The position numbers were made by a program, and so were the translations under genes. Positions 26,063 to 39,729 of a stretch of DNA of 64,000 nt are shown here, piece by piece. The notes beneath the pieces are model-generated. The model was not told where the DNA came from, made no database searches, and saw only the letters and a program-made list of their open reading frames with translations. Every line of letters begins with the position of its first letter. Positions within the stretch are counted from its first letter, which is position 1. This DNA comes from Guillardia theta CCMP2712. Its lineage: Eukaryota > Protista > Cryptophyta. The stretch lies in contig NW_005434637.1 in NCBI RefSeq assembly GCF_000315625.1, forward strand, positions 567,013-631,012, in the 5' to 3' direction.

Positions 26063-29000
26063 ATGAGGTTGTTGAGCGCTCAGGTATTGTGTGTACTGCT
26101 TCTCATCCTGCCGAGCGAGATCAGCACCAACGAAGAGTTGTCTCAGCCGGTTATCGGCGCTGCATTGAATTGGAAGTATGATCCATCACCTGGTAACAGA
26201 TCGGTATATTTCGATTTGCAAATTGCAATGGGTAGGTCAAGGTATTGTACGTACCAGAAAGGTAGCGCTGTCATGTGCACAGATGTGGAGGACAGCAGTG
26301 CATGTACTAGGCCAGCGTGTCAGGTTGCGAAAGTTCATGGTATCCTGTGTGTGGGGCAGGTGGTAGCCAATCGAGAAGGGTTATATTTGAAGTACTCTGC
26401 TGAAAACGGGTGCCCTTCTGATTTGGATTTGTCTGACATCTCTTCTTCTGGGCGTGTGGGTAAAGTAAATGAGTTTCAGGTAGAGAACCTATTTGACAAC
26501 CTTGAAACATGTGCGACCCCGAGCAGCAATACGTCAGGGATAGTGACAGGGCGCTTGAAGCATCAAGTCCTGATCGATGACGACACCATTGCTGTCGTTG
26601 CATGGTTATTTGACGGCAATGATCAGTTTCAGAACTCTGACATGGGGGAAGTCACAAGTCAAAACTTTGGAAGTCTGGAGTGTTTTTTGTCAACTGGCTT
26701 TCCTCTCTTTCGGATCAATGGCTCTTCATTGAATACCAGCAAAGGGTATGCATATATTCCAGTCTGTGATGGGGCAATCAAACAATCTTGGTTTCCCTCA
26801 GTTTCATTGTTTCAATTCAAGCCTTCAGGGGCCCTCAGTCAATTATTCTTTTCGTTCCGCATGAGCTGCTTTCACCCGTCGTTTGTTGATTACGGATGTG
26901 AAGGCACTTTGACAGCGTGTCCAGACTTTGTGGGTAATGTGTCAAATACGTTTCATTCAAGCAACAACTCTGAATCGCAATGCTTACTCAGCACGTGCAA
27001 TGAGAAGTTGTTGAACCAGTCGTTATTCTTTCTTCCCTTCACATTTTATACTTATACGCAATTTTCCTGTTCGAACATCTCATCTCACATCGCTCCCCAG
27101 ATTTTGACTTCAGGAGAATCGTTGGACAACTTTTTCGTATGTACAGTTGGCCAATCTTGCGAGATTCCAATTAACGTTACATGTCCCATAGACGGTTGTA
27201 TCCTGACAAGCGCTGAAAATTTTGACGCTCTCAAGCCAGATGAAGTCGTTGAAATAGATCGGCAAACAAGCGGCAATGTCATTCACGCGTTTTACATTTA
27301 CAAAATTCATAAGTTTGAAAATGTATACGATTTCAAAAACAGTGCAGCTGTTTTCTCGAACTGCTTCGTAGCCAAAAAGTTGAATTGCAGTGTTAGTCTT
27401 CCAAGCTGTCAGTCTCGTCCAGCGTGCGTGACGATACGATTGCAACCAGCAAGAAGCGTTTACAACTTTTATTTTGAGCTTCCAACTCCCACTGTATACA
27501 TTTCAACTTGTTTTCAAGAAGATGTTTTGGCGGTGGAGTTGAAATTCAACACTTCATTTCTTGATTCATACATCCTGGAAGTTTCAGGTGGGGGCTCAGA
27601 TTGCTTCTATAGAATCGATCAAGGCATGTTTTCACGATCGGCGCATTCATTATGCATGTCTTTCACATCATTGTTGGAAATTTCTGAGGTCAAAAATCCG
27701 TATCGATTTCGAATCTCGGTCAAGACTGACAAAGGGTATTTGCACGGGGGTGCTTCAAATGAAATATCTGTATTTGATTCAATTACATGTCGAGAAGCTG
27801 ACTTGCTTGCTGTAACTTGGCATAGTCAAAAGTTGAGAGTGTATGCAAGGATGCCAAATGGTAATCCTTATGAAATCTTTTCTAAAGTCACAGGATCTCC
27901 TCAGCAAGGTGCGATTGCTATGGATGAGCGACACAGCACGCTGTATTCGTTGGTACCCAGTCAGGAAAATGTGGAAGATTCAGTTTTGCTAAAGATAGAT
28001 CTACGAGGTTCCCCTTCTGTTGCAACCTCGTCACAGATTTTCAGGAATTTCTCTGTCTGGAATCTTGAATACAACGAGGCATATGATAGCTTTGTGGCTG
28101 TCAAAGTTTTTGGTTCAGAATTCACGGTATTCACTTTCAATTTTTCAAGTGCCAATGTTCAGGATTTGCTCCAATTGGAACGTCCAATTCAATTCGGCAT
28201 TTCAACTTTTTGTACGAGATACCAATTGTACTTTCTCGTGGACGCTCTTGACTCGTCCGTTGTTGAAATAGATCTTCAGAACAAGAGTAAGAAGTATCAT
28301 TCGCCATATCATTCTTCATCAAGACTAATTTCAATTTCGTTCCTTACAGAGCAAAAGATTTTATATGGAGTTTCAAGTGGCTGGCCTCATGATTTGCGCT
28401 TAAGTTTTCTAAAATTAATAGATGGGGCATGGCAGGTCGTGAATACAACATTGTTGGACTCGTCTCTTCATGATTCTGTCAATGCCATGGATCTTGAATG
28501 CTTTGCATGGTATCGGCTCAATGTTTCTCAGGGATTTGAAGTTTCTGTATTTGATATGAGCTCTTGGAAACTACTGCAATCGATCCCTTACCGAGAAGTG
28601 GTCGGAGATGTATTTTACCTATTTCCACAGAAAAATGTGAAGCCAAATATACAAGCATTGCTTCTACCTTCGATCAATACTAACCTTCAAGTTGTCACAG
28701 TTGCTGGAAAGCACTTTGGGTTCAGAGACTTGAACCCTGAGATTAAAGTTGATGATCTTCTCTGTGAAAGAACCAGTTGGTACCGAGATGACATGCTTGT
28801 GTGCGTACTCCCACATTTTTTTCAAAGAAACAAGGCAAACCAATATGAGTTCAAGGTCGAAATCCAGGACAAAATTTCTTCACCTCAGGCAACCGCTTTA
28901 TACCTGGAGTACTGGATTGGAATTGTCCCTTCATCATCACCAGTTTTTGTTGGCTCGAGTTACTTCACCATTTCCGGGTTTGGTTTTCGTGAGCCCTTCA

Positions 29001-32000
29001 GCGATTACAAGTGTGCGTTTTCCACGATACAATATACCGCTGTTTCCTCAGAGCTTGTTGAAGGACAGAAGAACAAACTTGTCTTCAGGTTACCTTACTG
29101 GTCATCAGCAGCGCGCACAACAGATGTATATTTGCTGCGAAGTAACAAACATGATTTGAACAATTATGCCACAAGTTTGATTCAGTCGAACTCAACGATC
29201 TCATTTCATATGACTGAGACATGGAAAGGGATTGTGCCTTCAGCCGACTTTTTGCCTGCCTATGGAGAAGTGTTCTTCACTGTGTTGGGGGATGGTTTTG
29301 ACTTGGATGAGAATTATTCTTGTACTTTAAATTTTCAATTCAATTCGTTTTCGACGATTGCAATTGCCGCAAACCATACAGCAGTATTCTGTAACTTCTC
29401 ATACCGTCTCCTGGACTCTGGTATTGCGAACGTTTCTTTGCTAAGAAACGAACAGGTAGTACTATTTTGGCAAGCCGGTGATCATTTATTGAAGGAACAT
29501 TCAATTCCTGTATTGTTCAAGGAGGTCTGGATTAATTTCAGTCCCTTATCTGTAGTCGGAGTGGCGAATCATGAATTCATTGTGGATGGGTCCGGTTTTC
29601 GGGACAGTTACGCTTGTGTATTTCATTCATTAAATAGAGGTGATGAATTGCGGTGCAATGCTACTGTGAATGACTTCGGCAGATCATTGTCATGCTGTGC
29701 TGCTCAACAATTAAGTTTGAATACCAGTGGACAATATTCTGTAACGATCGTATCCTTGTCAAAAGATTCTCCTGTCAACAAGTACGGATCAGAGGCGAAG
29801 CTTGAATTCTATGAGAAGGTGGAGAGCATCCTACCTGTAGACATAGAAATCAGCGGCATGAAATCGTTCGATGTTCGTGGATTTTGCTTTCAGCCAGGAA
29901 AGAATTATGAAATCTCACTCCTAGTCCAGAAGTACGACTTTAACAACGCTACTGTCTACGAAAGTTCATATTCAAGTCAGAGTTTTTCGTTTATTAGTCC
30001 AAGACAGTTGTTGTTTTATGTGGACACAAGCCTCTTTGTTTCTTGTATTGCAAACGTATCATTCTTTGCAAATGTTGAAAGTCATCGTAGTGCTCTCATT
30101 GCCAACCCTGGCCTCATGATCCACTTCAAAGAAAGAGTGATTTCGCTTTCTTTGGTTGAAGTATATGCAGCAGAAATTACTAAGATCCTGTTTAAAACTT
30201 CAGGATTCAACTCGGCACAGTCATATTCTTGCAAATTCTCACGGAATACAACCTCGAACGAGCTTGGTAACGAGGTTTTATTCCAATTCCCAGCAACCGT
30301 TTTGAACGCATCGTATGTGGAATGTTTGGTTAATATTTCCATTGCAGGCAAGGTTCTCGCTCAGATAGCAAGAACAGACAACACAATTATTGACTCAGGG
30401 GTTGAATTAAATGTGTTGGAATATTGGGACAAGTTGTATCCTGTCTATGCATCGACTGGGGGTGCAATAATCACGATTTTCGGCGAAGGATTTGATCATG
30501 CTTCAAGGACTTATCGATGCAGTTTCACACAAGAGAACGTGATTTACAATGCCACTGCTGATCCTGGTTCTGGATCAACCACTTTGGTATGTACTTTGCC
30601 GAGTTCGTTTCTCGCTGGATCCGTCACAGTTACTGTTAGTTCACAAGATCCTAGGGATCGCATTTACCCAATTCAGCTAAGGAGCGGGGGTCAAGGACGA
30701 ATCATTAAGCTTATTGAAGAGATCAATCAAATATTGCCTACCCAATTTTCTGCCCGTGGTGGTACGAATCTGACCGTTGTAGGTTACGGTTTTGTGCAAA
30801 CTGAAAAGTATTTCTTCAATTTCAGGAACATTCGAGTGACAAACGATTGCATTAGACATAACCAGAGCTATCTTGTTTGTCAGACTCTTCAATTCAATCA
30901 CAGTTCCAATACAGATATTCTATATCTTATGAACTATGAGGTTGGATATAATGTGACGCTTCATTCAGTCAAGATTTTTTCAGAAATTGAATCCATAATC
31001 CCTTCAAGTGCTTCAGCATATCATGGAGCAATCTTGACGTTGACTGGATATGGATTTGATCCAATCAGAACATACATAGTTAGGGTTGCAGGATCATCAG
31101 CTGTACAAAAAAATATGTCCTTTTCCGCGACTGCAAGGAATCAAAATGAGATTTTTTCGAACTTTGCGATCTGGACATTTGAGTCAGGAATGACTTCCAT
31201 TGAAGTTTTAGAAAATAATGATTCTGTCTCACTTGCATCAAGTCTTCAAAAATTTCTCATCTTCCCTGAAATCATCAGTATTCAGCCGAACCGATATGCT
31301 GCCGGATTACAGCAAGAGTTAACTGTCTACGGAGCAGGATTTGATCCTACTAGGAATGACTCCACTTATAGATGTCTAACTACGGCAGGCACTGCATCCA
31401 ATCTCGTTCCAGCCGCTTCATACACCAAGCTTCTTTGTAATCTTTCTGCGTGGACTTTCGAAGCCCGCTCTACCTCCTTCTATTTGTTAGACTCTTTTTC
31501 ACAACTAAACGTGACAGGAGTTCTGGATATCAACTTCACAGAATCCGTGTCTGGTCTCCAACCCAATGAATCTTACTCTCAGAATGGAATCTATATTACA
31601 ATATTTGGTGCAGGATTCAACAGGGGTTCGAAATACAACTTAGAATTTTATCGCCTCTACACCGATGAGAAGTTGGAGGTTACAAATATGACAAAGATTG
31701 AGGAGAAATATATCGTGTTTTTCATTTCTTCCCCTTGGAAATTCGCTGGTGGCGATGTCAATGTTACTCTGAAGAATTCTGGATTTCATGTTCAGAATTT
31801 ACAACGATTCCGTTTCAATTCTGTCATAAATTTTCTTGAACCAACAACTGGTTACTTTTTTGGATCCGTCGTACAAATTGCAGGTTTCGGATTCTTACTC
31901 AATCAAAAAACTTATACATTTCGCGTTACGGCTGGAGCAAATTCTTCTTGGAGTATTCAGTCTGAATCAGTAGAAGCTTCTTCGCCTCAAGTAATCGCTT

Positions 32001-35000
32001 TCCAAATACCAGAATGGAAGTGGGCTCTGGATGGAAATGGAACCTTCACTTTCTCTGTATTTGAAAGTTTCAGAAAAGTTCTTGTTGCTGACTTCTCAGA
32101 TCATTTTGAGATCAAGGTGGGATGGATAGGCATCACTCATCAATCGAGGCTGTCTTTCAATGGAGGAGATAGTATCACTGTGTTTGGAGGTGGATTCAGT
32201 TCACGAGTTGATTTCTTTTGCAGATTCACACCAAGTGATAGCCAGGTATCGAATATATACAAAGAAGAACCGGCATTTGTTATGGATTTGAGGAGATTAT
32301 CATGTCAGACGCCGTCATGGATCTTTGCAAGCAGCTTTGCGACATTTTCCCTTTGGTACTCTGTTGCTGGTCAAAAACGAGAAGTGAATCAACTATTATA
32401 TCCCGTTGGCTCTACAAAAGTATTCTTCGAAGGGTATCCTGCACTGCTTGGTGGCACCTTGAATGGTCCCATACGAGGACAGCAGAAGGTTACTCTTGAT
32501 GGAAATAATTTTGGGATGGTAGACCTGACGCCAAAAGTCCGACTTGGAGACACAGCATGTGAGTTCACGACATGGCTGTCGTCTACACAGATGGTCTGTG
32601 GTGTACCATCGAAGCATGGGGTTGCAGTGACCGCAGATGTTATAATATCTATCGGACCATATCGGGTAGGAAGCAGAAGTCATGCTTTTACCTTCGATGG
32701 CCCTTCTTTGAGCGAAATATCTGTGACGAGAGTAAACGCGACAAACAAGCTCTCGGAATGGTTCACAATTTGGGGCATGAACTTTCTACTATACGACAGC
32801 AGCCCGGCAGCCAGAACAGGGGGGACAGCCTGTGAAACAACAATTTGGTTTTCAACTAGTTCTATGAACGCCAAAAATGCAGCTGGGAATCAAGACTATG
32901 TTCCCGTTCATATGACCGTTGATTATTCAAGCTCAGTATCGACCCTATCACTTGCGTTTTCTTTCGACCATCCGGAAATTTCTTCTGCAGGTTTTTTGGC
33001 AAATGCTGCACAAGCTGGATCAATCTCGCTCTCAATCTGGGGATCTGATTTTGGTCTTGCTCAGATGTCCATGTCTGCGAGAAATGGTGGAACGAATTCG
33101 GAAAGCACAAGGTGGCGTTCTTTCACCTCAGTTACGATACGTGCGGTACGATCCGGGCTGACTACCAAAAGTGCACAAATATCGCTGGGTGCAACTAGGT
33201 TCTCAACCTCTACAGAACTATTCACAAGTGATGGATTGATTTTATCAAGTACAAAGGCGAAGAACAGCGCATACGGCCAATCTGTTAAACTCTTTCTACA
33301 AGGTTTCAGTCTTTGTCCGTTCGAATCGAGTGGCAAGTCATCGATTGGATCATCAATGGCCAGGGCCACTATGTGGCTGTCCACAACCTCTCTTCAAGCA
33401 CATACTATTGCAGGAATTGCTCACACCAAGAAAGTTCAAGTCAGTGTTTCAAGAACTTTATATTCACTTTCTGAGGCTTACAGCTTTTCCTCGCCTACCA
33501 TGTCTCTTGTTTATTCCAAGATTGATGCTGGAGCTTGGACTGAAATTCCAGTATCCTGGAATTTTGTGGGGCAAGACTTTCAAGTACTTTATCGTATGAA
33601 CCAAATCATAAAAAGAACATTGTCAACAGGTAATGCTTTTCAACATACCGATTTGCATTCTGACTTAATTTGTCGAACAGATGACGATGTTTTTTCGGTT
33701 GACTGGTTGATCCACGACAACGCATTAGCAACAGTAAATGCTCCATCAAATTGGAATTTTGAAGACATTCAATCAGTCTCAGATCTGCAAAAAGTTCCAT
33801 TTTCTCAGGATATAGTGCAGGGCTCTATCATCACGCAGAGAAGTCAAATCTATGGATCTTACGACAAGCAGGAGGTTGAAGGGACAACTCTAGAATTTGT
33901 TTCCTCGCGCTCATATGCAAGCACGCGATCTACATGGCAGGACTTCACTTTGGAAGTCGTTTTAGTTAATCTCGATGAAAATTGGATTGGAGTCACGTTT
34001 CGTTATGTAGATGACAAAAATTATTATCGTTGGGAGATGAATGCACAAAATAACATCTTGCGTTTGAAAAAACGTAAAGAAGGAATTCTTTCTGTCCTGT
34101 ACGAAAACTCTCAGACAAAGATATATGATAGCAATATTGTTTATCGGATATCAATCAGAGTAATTGAGAACACAGTGGAAGTGTACATGGATGAATTTTC
34201 CAAAGCTCCTCCATTTCCAACTCTTGGGACTTTACTGGTACAAAGAGAAGATCCTGACCTGGGACTATCCAGGAAGGGAACCATTGGAGTTTGGAGTGCA
34301 GGGAGCCTTTTGTCCTGCTTCTTGAGTGTAGGGGTCTATCGTCCATTGCAAGTTGCACGAATGAGTAACCTGATTGTAAATGGTGGAGGTGAAATGACTC
34401 TGCATGGAAATAACTTTGGTCATTTTGCCTCACTCAGACATCGTATTCGACATACCGCGGGTGAAACAAGTCGATGGATATCTGACAGTAGTATTTGGTG
34501 TAGGAACCAGCCTGGACAATTTGCAACCAACAGATTATCGATCTCCCTGATGACCGTTGGTACCATTTCAGAAATGCTTTCGTATAATCATCCTGCTTTG
34601 AGTTGCAGCATCAGGTCGAATACTGCAAGTACTGGATCCCAGAGATTGACTGTTTTTGGCAATAATATGGCCGAAAAGTTTTTCAGTCAACAAATCAGGC
34701 GGGCAGGAACAGCCTCAGAGGCTACTCGATGGTTTACAACTTTTGAAATACCTTGTAAGGGGTGTTTTGCTGAGAAATGGGCCTCAGATACGTCAATTCA
34801 TGGGTATACCAGCGGTGGTATTGGGTCAAGTCAACGATTGATGGTATCAGTTGGGATAATATCTGGTACCATCAGCGATGTGTGCTCCTTTGACGTACCA
34901 ACTTTGAGTGGTTCGAAACGAATGAATGCAATTTCAACTGGCTCTTCAATGGTAACCATAGTTGGACAGCATTTTGCAAACAATGCCAATACAGCAACAG

Positions 35001-36999
35001 CAAGAATAGCAATGAATGGAGGAGGAACATCTTCAGAAGCGACGACATGGATCTCTCAATCTAGTGTAGCAACACGACTGAGTCACATGCACGGCAGGAC
35101 AAGTCTGGCGATTGTTACCCTCAACCAAAAAATTGGCTCAAATACACAAACAATCAGTACCGACACTCAGCACATCAGCACTATATCCAAAAACAACCCT
35201 TCAACAGGCACAACAATGTTGACAATCAAGGGAGCAGGGCTCGGGCTCGGAGGGCCGACGGGAGGGGCGCGGGGGGCCAGGACGGCGTGCGAGGCGACGG
35301 AGTGGGAGTCGGACACGTCGGCGCGGTGTCTGACGGGGTGGGGCTGGGGAGGGACGGGGAGCGGGCGGGCGACGGTGACGGTAGCAGGGAGGGCAGGGAG
35401 CGCGACGGAGGCGTACTCGACCGACGCGGCAAGGGCAAGCTCGCTTGTACGGGCGAACGCGGGGGCGACGGGGTCGTCGAGCGTGACGATAGCCGGGGCA
35501 GGGCTCGGGCTCGGAGGGCCGACGGGAGGGGCGCGGGGGGCCGGGACGGCGTGCGATATGAAGGATCGTTGTGGCTGTCAGAAACAAGTCTTGTCTGTCA
35601 TGTTTTCTCAGGGTTAGGTGGCTCGGGTTCTGTTGTTGTTACTACATCGTTGTTGCTTTCTTCGCTGTCTTCCTCGTTTTCGTTTGATAGCCCTGATGGT
35701 CTCATGGTTGTTTCAGCAAACGTTGGTTCGGCGTATGGAAACAGTCTGTATATAGATGGGTCGTTCAGCACGTATGATTTGACCTTGTCATCAAGAATTT
35801 TGTTTACGAGTAGCGAATCAACCCAATGGCTTTCAGAAACAAGTCTTGTAAGCTTACCACCTGCTGGGACAGGTGGGCAACAATCGTTGATTGTAACAGC
35901 TGGTCTGTTGGTATCATCCAGAAGCCAACTCGTCTCTTATGATCAATACAAGATTCTGAAAATTTCATCGGAAAGTTGCCTGGATATCACTTCGACGAAC
36001 ATCTCCTCTGATTCGATCCAAATTGAATATTCGAGCGCTATTCTAACTGTGTCAGGAATCAATTTTGGTAAACAAGACATCACCTCAACCTATCAGATTG
36101 GTCAATCAAGTTGTGCAAGTGTGCAGTGGACCTCAGACACCTCAATTGTTTGCACAACCACGGAGAATGTTACGTCATGGTGGTGCAATGATTGTGTGGC
36201 TGGGAAGTACACGGAGTACATAGACTCTCAGAGTTCCGCATTCAATTGCGTAGATTGCCCGGCACTTTCAACCTCAGCGCTGCGATCAACCTACTGCTGC
36301 GTTTATTGTCAGAATGGCACATGTGACCAGTTGAGTCTGGCGGAAGCATATTCCCTGCCTAACGCCTCGTGCGTACCCACAACTCCCACAAACCACATTC
36401 GAGGGGGAGTGCCATTCGCGTCTAGCTCCTCAGCAGCAGGATGCTCGTTCAGTGGGCAAGACATCGGTGGGCAGTACGAAGGCGCATTGTGCTATTCGAA
36501 CATCAATGACGGGGTCTATGGCAGCGGAAGCCAATGGAAATCGAATGCTGATGACAATGCATCGTTTGTGGGGGTTGTGTTCAATTCAACTCAGAGAGTG
36601 AAGTATGTTTCCATCGTGGCGTCGTTAACATCCGATTACAACTGCACACTAGGTGCAGTGTGGCAACTACAGTATCTTCCTCTGAATTACTCCAACGCTA
36701 AACCTGAATATGGGTCTGCATACTGGTTCAATGTTGGAAATTTCAGCCTGACAACGTGGGGAAGGAACATATTTGAGATAAATGGAACAATCCTTGCAAA
36801 TGCAATTCGGCTATATTCAACGGCACCTGCCAGCAGTTGCTTAGATGAACTAGAAACGTTCAGCGATGGCGACACCATTCCGAGCGTGAATACGACATGC
36901 CAGGAAGTTCTTGATACCAGCTACGGATCAGAGGGGACGTGCGAAGCAGTATGTGCAGGCACTCGCGTTTACAACTCTTCTTCTTCCACTTGTGTGTAG
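26063..36999 (+). CDS. Giant secreted IPT/TIG-repeat protein with beta-propeller-like region, ConA/DUF1080-like lectin domain and C-terminal discoidin-like domain; frameshift at ~35556
   Basis: Signal peptide MRLLSAQVLCVLLLILPSEIST; many TIG repeats (P..G..ITI.G.GF..Y.C.F, later G.NFG..R.G.TACE.T.W.S.T...C); lectin-like segment WQDFTLEV..WIGVTFRYVDDKNYY..GTIGVWS (~33930-34330); repeats continue in a different frame (ORF 35287-36999: EGSLWLSETSLVC...); no C-terminal TM seen. Confidence 0.85.
35231..35556 (+). repeat. G-rich coding cassette with internal ~62-bp direct repeat spaced by one TIG unit (264 bp)
   Basis: GCAGGGCTCGGGCTCGGAGGGCCGACGGGAGGGGCGCGGGGGGCC(A/G)GGACGGCGTGCGA at ~35234 and ~35498; composition sharply different from the AT-richer flanking exon. 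Confidence 0.9.
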
Positions 37000-37102
37000 C
37001 GTGCATATATCAATAAAGTCCAATACAAGAACTATATCCACTCACAGCGTGTTCTGAAGCCTCCGACTGATTCCGGTGGCTCACTGGGCCTGGTGGTACG
37101 GC

Positions 37103-38303
37103 ATGCGGCAGGTATGGCGAAACCCTCACATAGTAGAACACGGCCCGCCTCGGAATGGAACATTTTCTGAGGCGGGCTTCTTGCGGTTTGCCTTAGCCTC
37201 CTCTCCGGTGCTCCATCGCTCTCTGGTGGGGGGGATCTTGATCGCTGCTGCTGCTCTCCTGCCGCATGTTGCCATCCAGGATCCAAGACGAGGAGACCCG
37301 CATGAAGGTCTTCGAACAGCGCAAACTTGATCTTATCCGACGAGCCATCGAGCTTGTACATACCTGTGACTGTGAAATACAAATGTTCATATACAGCAAG
37401 TCTCTCAAGAACGGGGACGAACCAAAAGGATCCTTGACGCAGTACTCCTCTTCAGACGTTGATCTCTTGCTAGCAAACTTCCTGGACGAGGAGCGTGTTG
37501 AAATTCTGACCGATCAGGAATATGATAAGTTGAACGTGAGGAAGGCAAGCGGATTTGTTGGATGCTCATGAAACCTGCAGGCTTTGCAACAGAGCGATGC
37601 GGATGCGACTCAAGCAAGTGAAGGTTGTAGGCAGGAGACGGTCACTGCGGATGTTCAAGCTGTGGCAGATAGGTATCTCGGGCTGCAGTTCCAGCGCTGT
37701 ATTGACTGTTTCAGGGCTCCAAGCACAGAAGTACAGGCAACGAGCAATGCCGCTCGGAAGCCAATCATGTTGGTAGCCGGGGGAGGATGTCTGTCAGGGG
37801 CCAAAGCGCCTCCTCGGTCAGCAAGTGTTTGAGGGACTGACCTGAATGAGTCTAAAGTGTCTCCTGCAGTGATGTGCCTCCTCGCACGCACACGAACGAG
37901 CACGGTTTGCCTCCTAGAGAGATGCCTCATGCAGGTGTGTATGCGATGATCTGCCTGAGGCCTCTGATCACAAACAATCAGTCAAGAGAGACTTGCATGC
38001 TAGTGATAATGAAACGAACTTGAACGAGGTCACTGAAGGTTCCTACAACCCTGCGATTGAATTCGTCCTCATTTTCTGCAAGATGGTGCCGACCAACCCG
38101 AAGCAAAGAAGGCAAAGAAGAAAACACTGAAGGAAACACTGAAGGAAACAGGTCTGGAAACACTAAAGGAAACAGGTCTGGAAACACTAAAGGAAACAGG
38201 TCTGGAAACAGGTCTCCTGTCTTGTGTGTTCGATCCTTCTTTGACGTCTGAGGTTCAGCGAATGATGCAGACTTGGACAACGCAGCAGAAAGTAGCACAC
38301 TAG
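37103..38303 (+). CDS. Divergent MADS-box (MEF2-type) transcription factor
   Basis: RIQDEETRMKVFEQRKLDLIRRAIELVHTCDCEIQMFIYS...LTQYSSSDVDLLLANF aligns with MEF2 [56 protein letters not shown]; probable last exon carries NLS-like PEAKKAKKK and ETLK/ETGL repeats, TAG 38301-38303. Both termini uncertain. Confidence 0.8.
38122..38215 (+). repeat. 12-bp minisatellite (GGAAACACTRAA / GGAAACAGGTCT), probably coding
   Basis: About 8 units of two variants; translates as TLKETLKETGLETLKETGLETLKETGLETGL in the MADS-gene frame. Confidence 0.9.
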
Positions 38304-38517
38304 GTAACAGCGAATCCTGGATGCTGATGGTAGAAGAGCCTTGATGAAGGATGCCGCGTCCGATGGTGGAGACTTGAAACGATTATCATTTGTAACCCAC
38401 AAGCTCTCCCGTCAATCCATTTATTCTCAATGAATCAATCTACCCAGATCTAACAGAGCATCATACAACATTGTGAGAGCACTTGGCATACAACTTCAAA
38501 CCCTTGAGATTAGTCCT

Positions 38518-39498
38518 TCAAGGGAGGGACACATCGCCATTGTTCAGACTCCCATCGTCTTTGCTTTCCTTGTTCTTGGAGTAGACCCATGGAGCAACCA
38601 CACCGATCCAAGGCAATCCGCGGTACTTCTGAGCATAATCAAGTCCGTAGCCAACCACCTTCCAATCCCACGTCAAAACTCGTTGCTTTTGTTCCTCGTG
38701 AGACTTACGAATTTGTTTGGAATTTTCCACCCGATGTACTCAGCAGTGATGTCAGGCAAGGTCATCTCAAACTGCAAGGAATGATCAAAAACAGGTCAGC
38801 CTCGGGTTCCGACAGCAGACTGTAGCAAGTAACCTTGTGCAAGAGTACACATGTCCTGATGGATCGTGGTTCTCGTGCATTCAGCTGCTTCAGCATGTAG
38901 CGCAAGGTGTTTCCTGTGTCGAGAATGTCTTCTATGACAAGTACATCTCGGCCCTTGATGTCCATTTTGAGGTCGAGGACAAGTTGAACAGCTCCGCTTG
39001 ATGTCGTTCCTGAACCATACGACGAAAATGACATGAACTCCCAGATGTGATCAACATGTAAAGATCTGAGAAGTCGAATGACTCTGTCAGACATATGAAT
39101 CATTCGTGATGAATTGTTACCGAACAATGTCCGCGAAGAAAGTGGTTGCTCCCTTCCCAAGCAAGGATCAGAAGAACGATTGTGCGTACGATAGTAAAAC
39201 ACACCTTCAAAGTGCAGATTACAATCAAAGGCTTCTCTGAGTTTGTGTATTCCTTGGATATCTCTACCAAAAAATTATTCCGAGGTCAGGATATGGCCAA
39301 TGATCCATGATTTTGCCTCACCCTCGCCAAGCTCTTTGACTCTTTGCTTGATTTGCTCTTCTGTGAACTTAGCGGATTGTTAGCCTTGTCCCCTTACAAA
39401 GTACAAAGAGGAGGAGACAAAGTATACCATACCATGACATCTTCAATCTCAGAAGGATCCATGAACCCAGGAAACGAAACCTCCGACTTTCTCGACAT
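38518..39498 (-). CDS. HPRT: Hypoxanthine(-guanine) phosphoribosyltransferase
   Basis: [17 protein letters not shown]|[30 protein letters not shown]-binding [16 protein letters not shown]|[18 protein letters not shown]; several short introns. Confidence 0.95.
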
Positions 39499-39729
39499 CC
39501 TGAGAAGACCTGATTAACTAAACAAACATAAAAGTTCTAGGGCCTCCTCGGTGAACCTCATTTGCCCAGCTTTCTCGTTTCCCATCGTTGGAATTTATCT
39601 GCGGTCCTCATATCTTCATAACTTTCCATTCCATCCCCATCCTTCTCCCCCCCTCACCATCTACCCCCTGCCACTACTTCCTTTCCTCGTGCATGGCCTC
39701 CATGCCGGCTTGAGACCTACTTCGGAATC

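Noticed and set aside
35287-35555. Independent start of the 570-aa ORF
   Set aside because: This part is an off-frame reading of the G-rich cassette; only sequence after ~35557 matches the TIG consensus.
38122-38215. CRISPR-like array
   Set aside because: Contiguous 12-bp units with no unique spacers; eukaryotic context.
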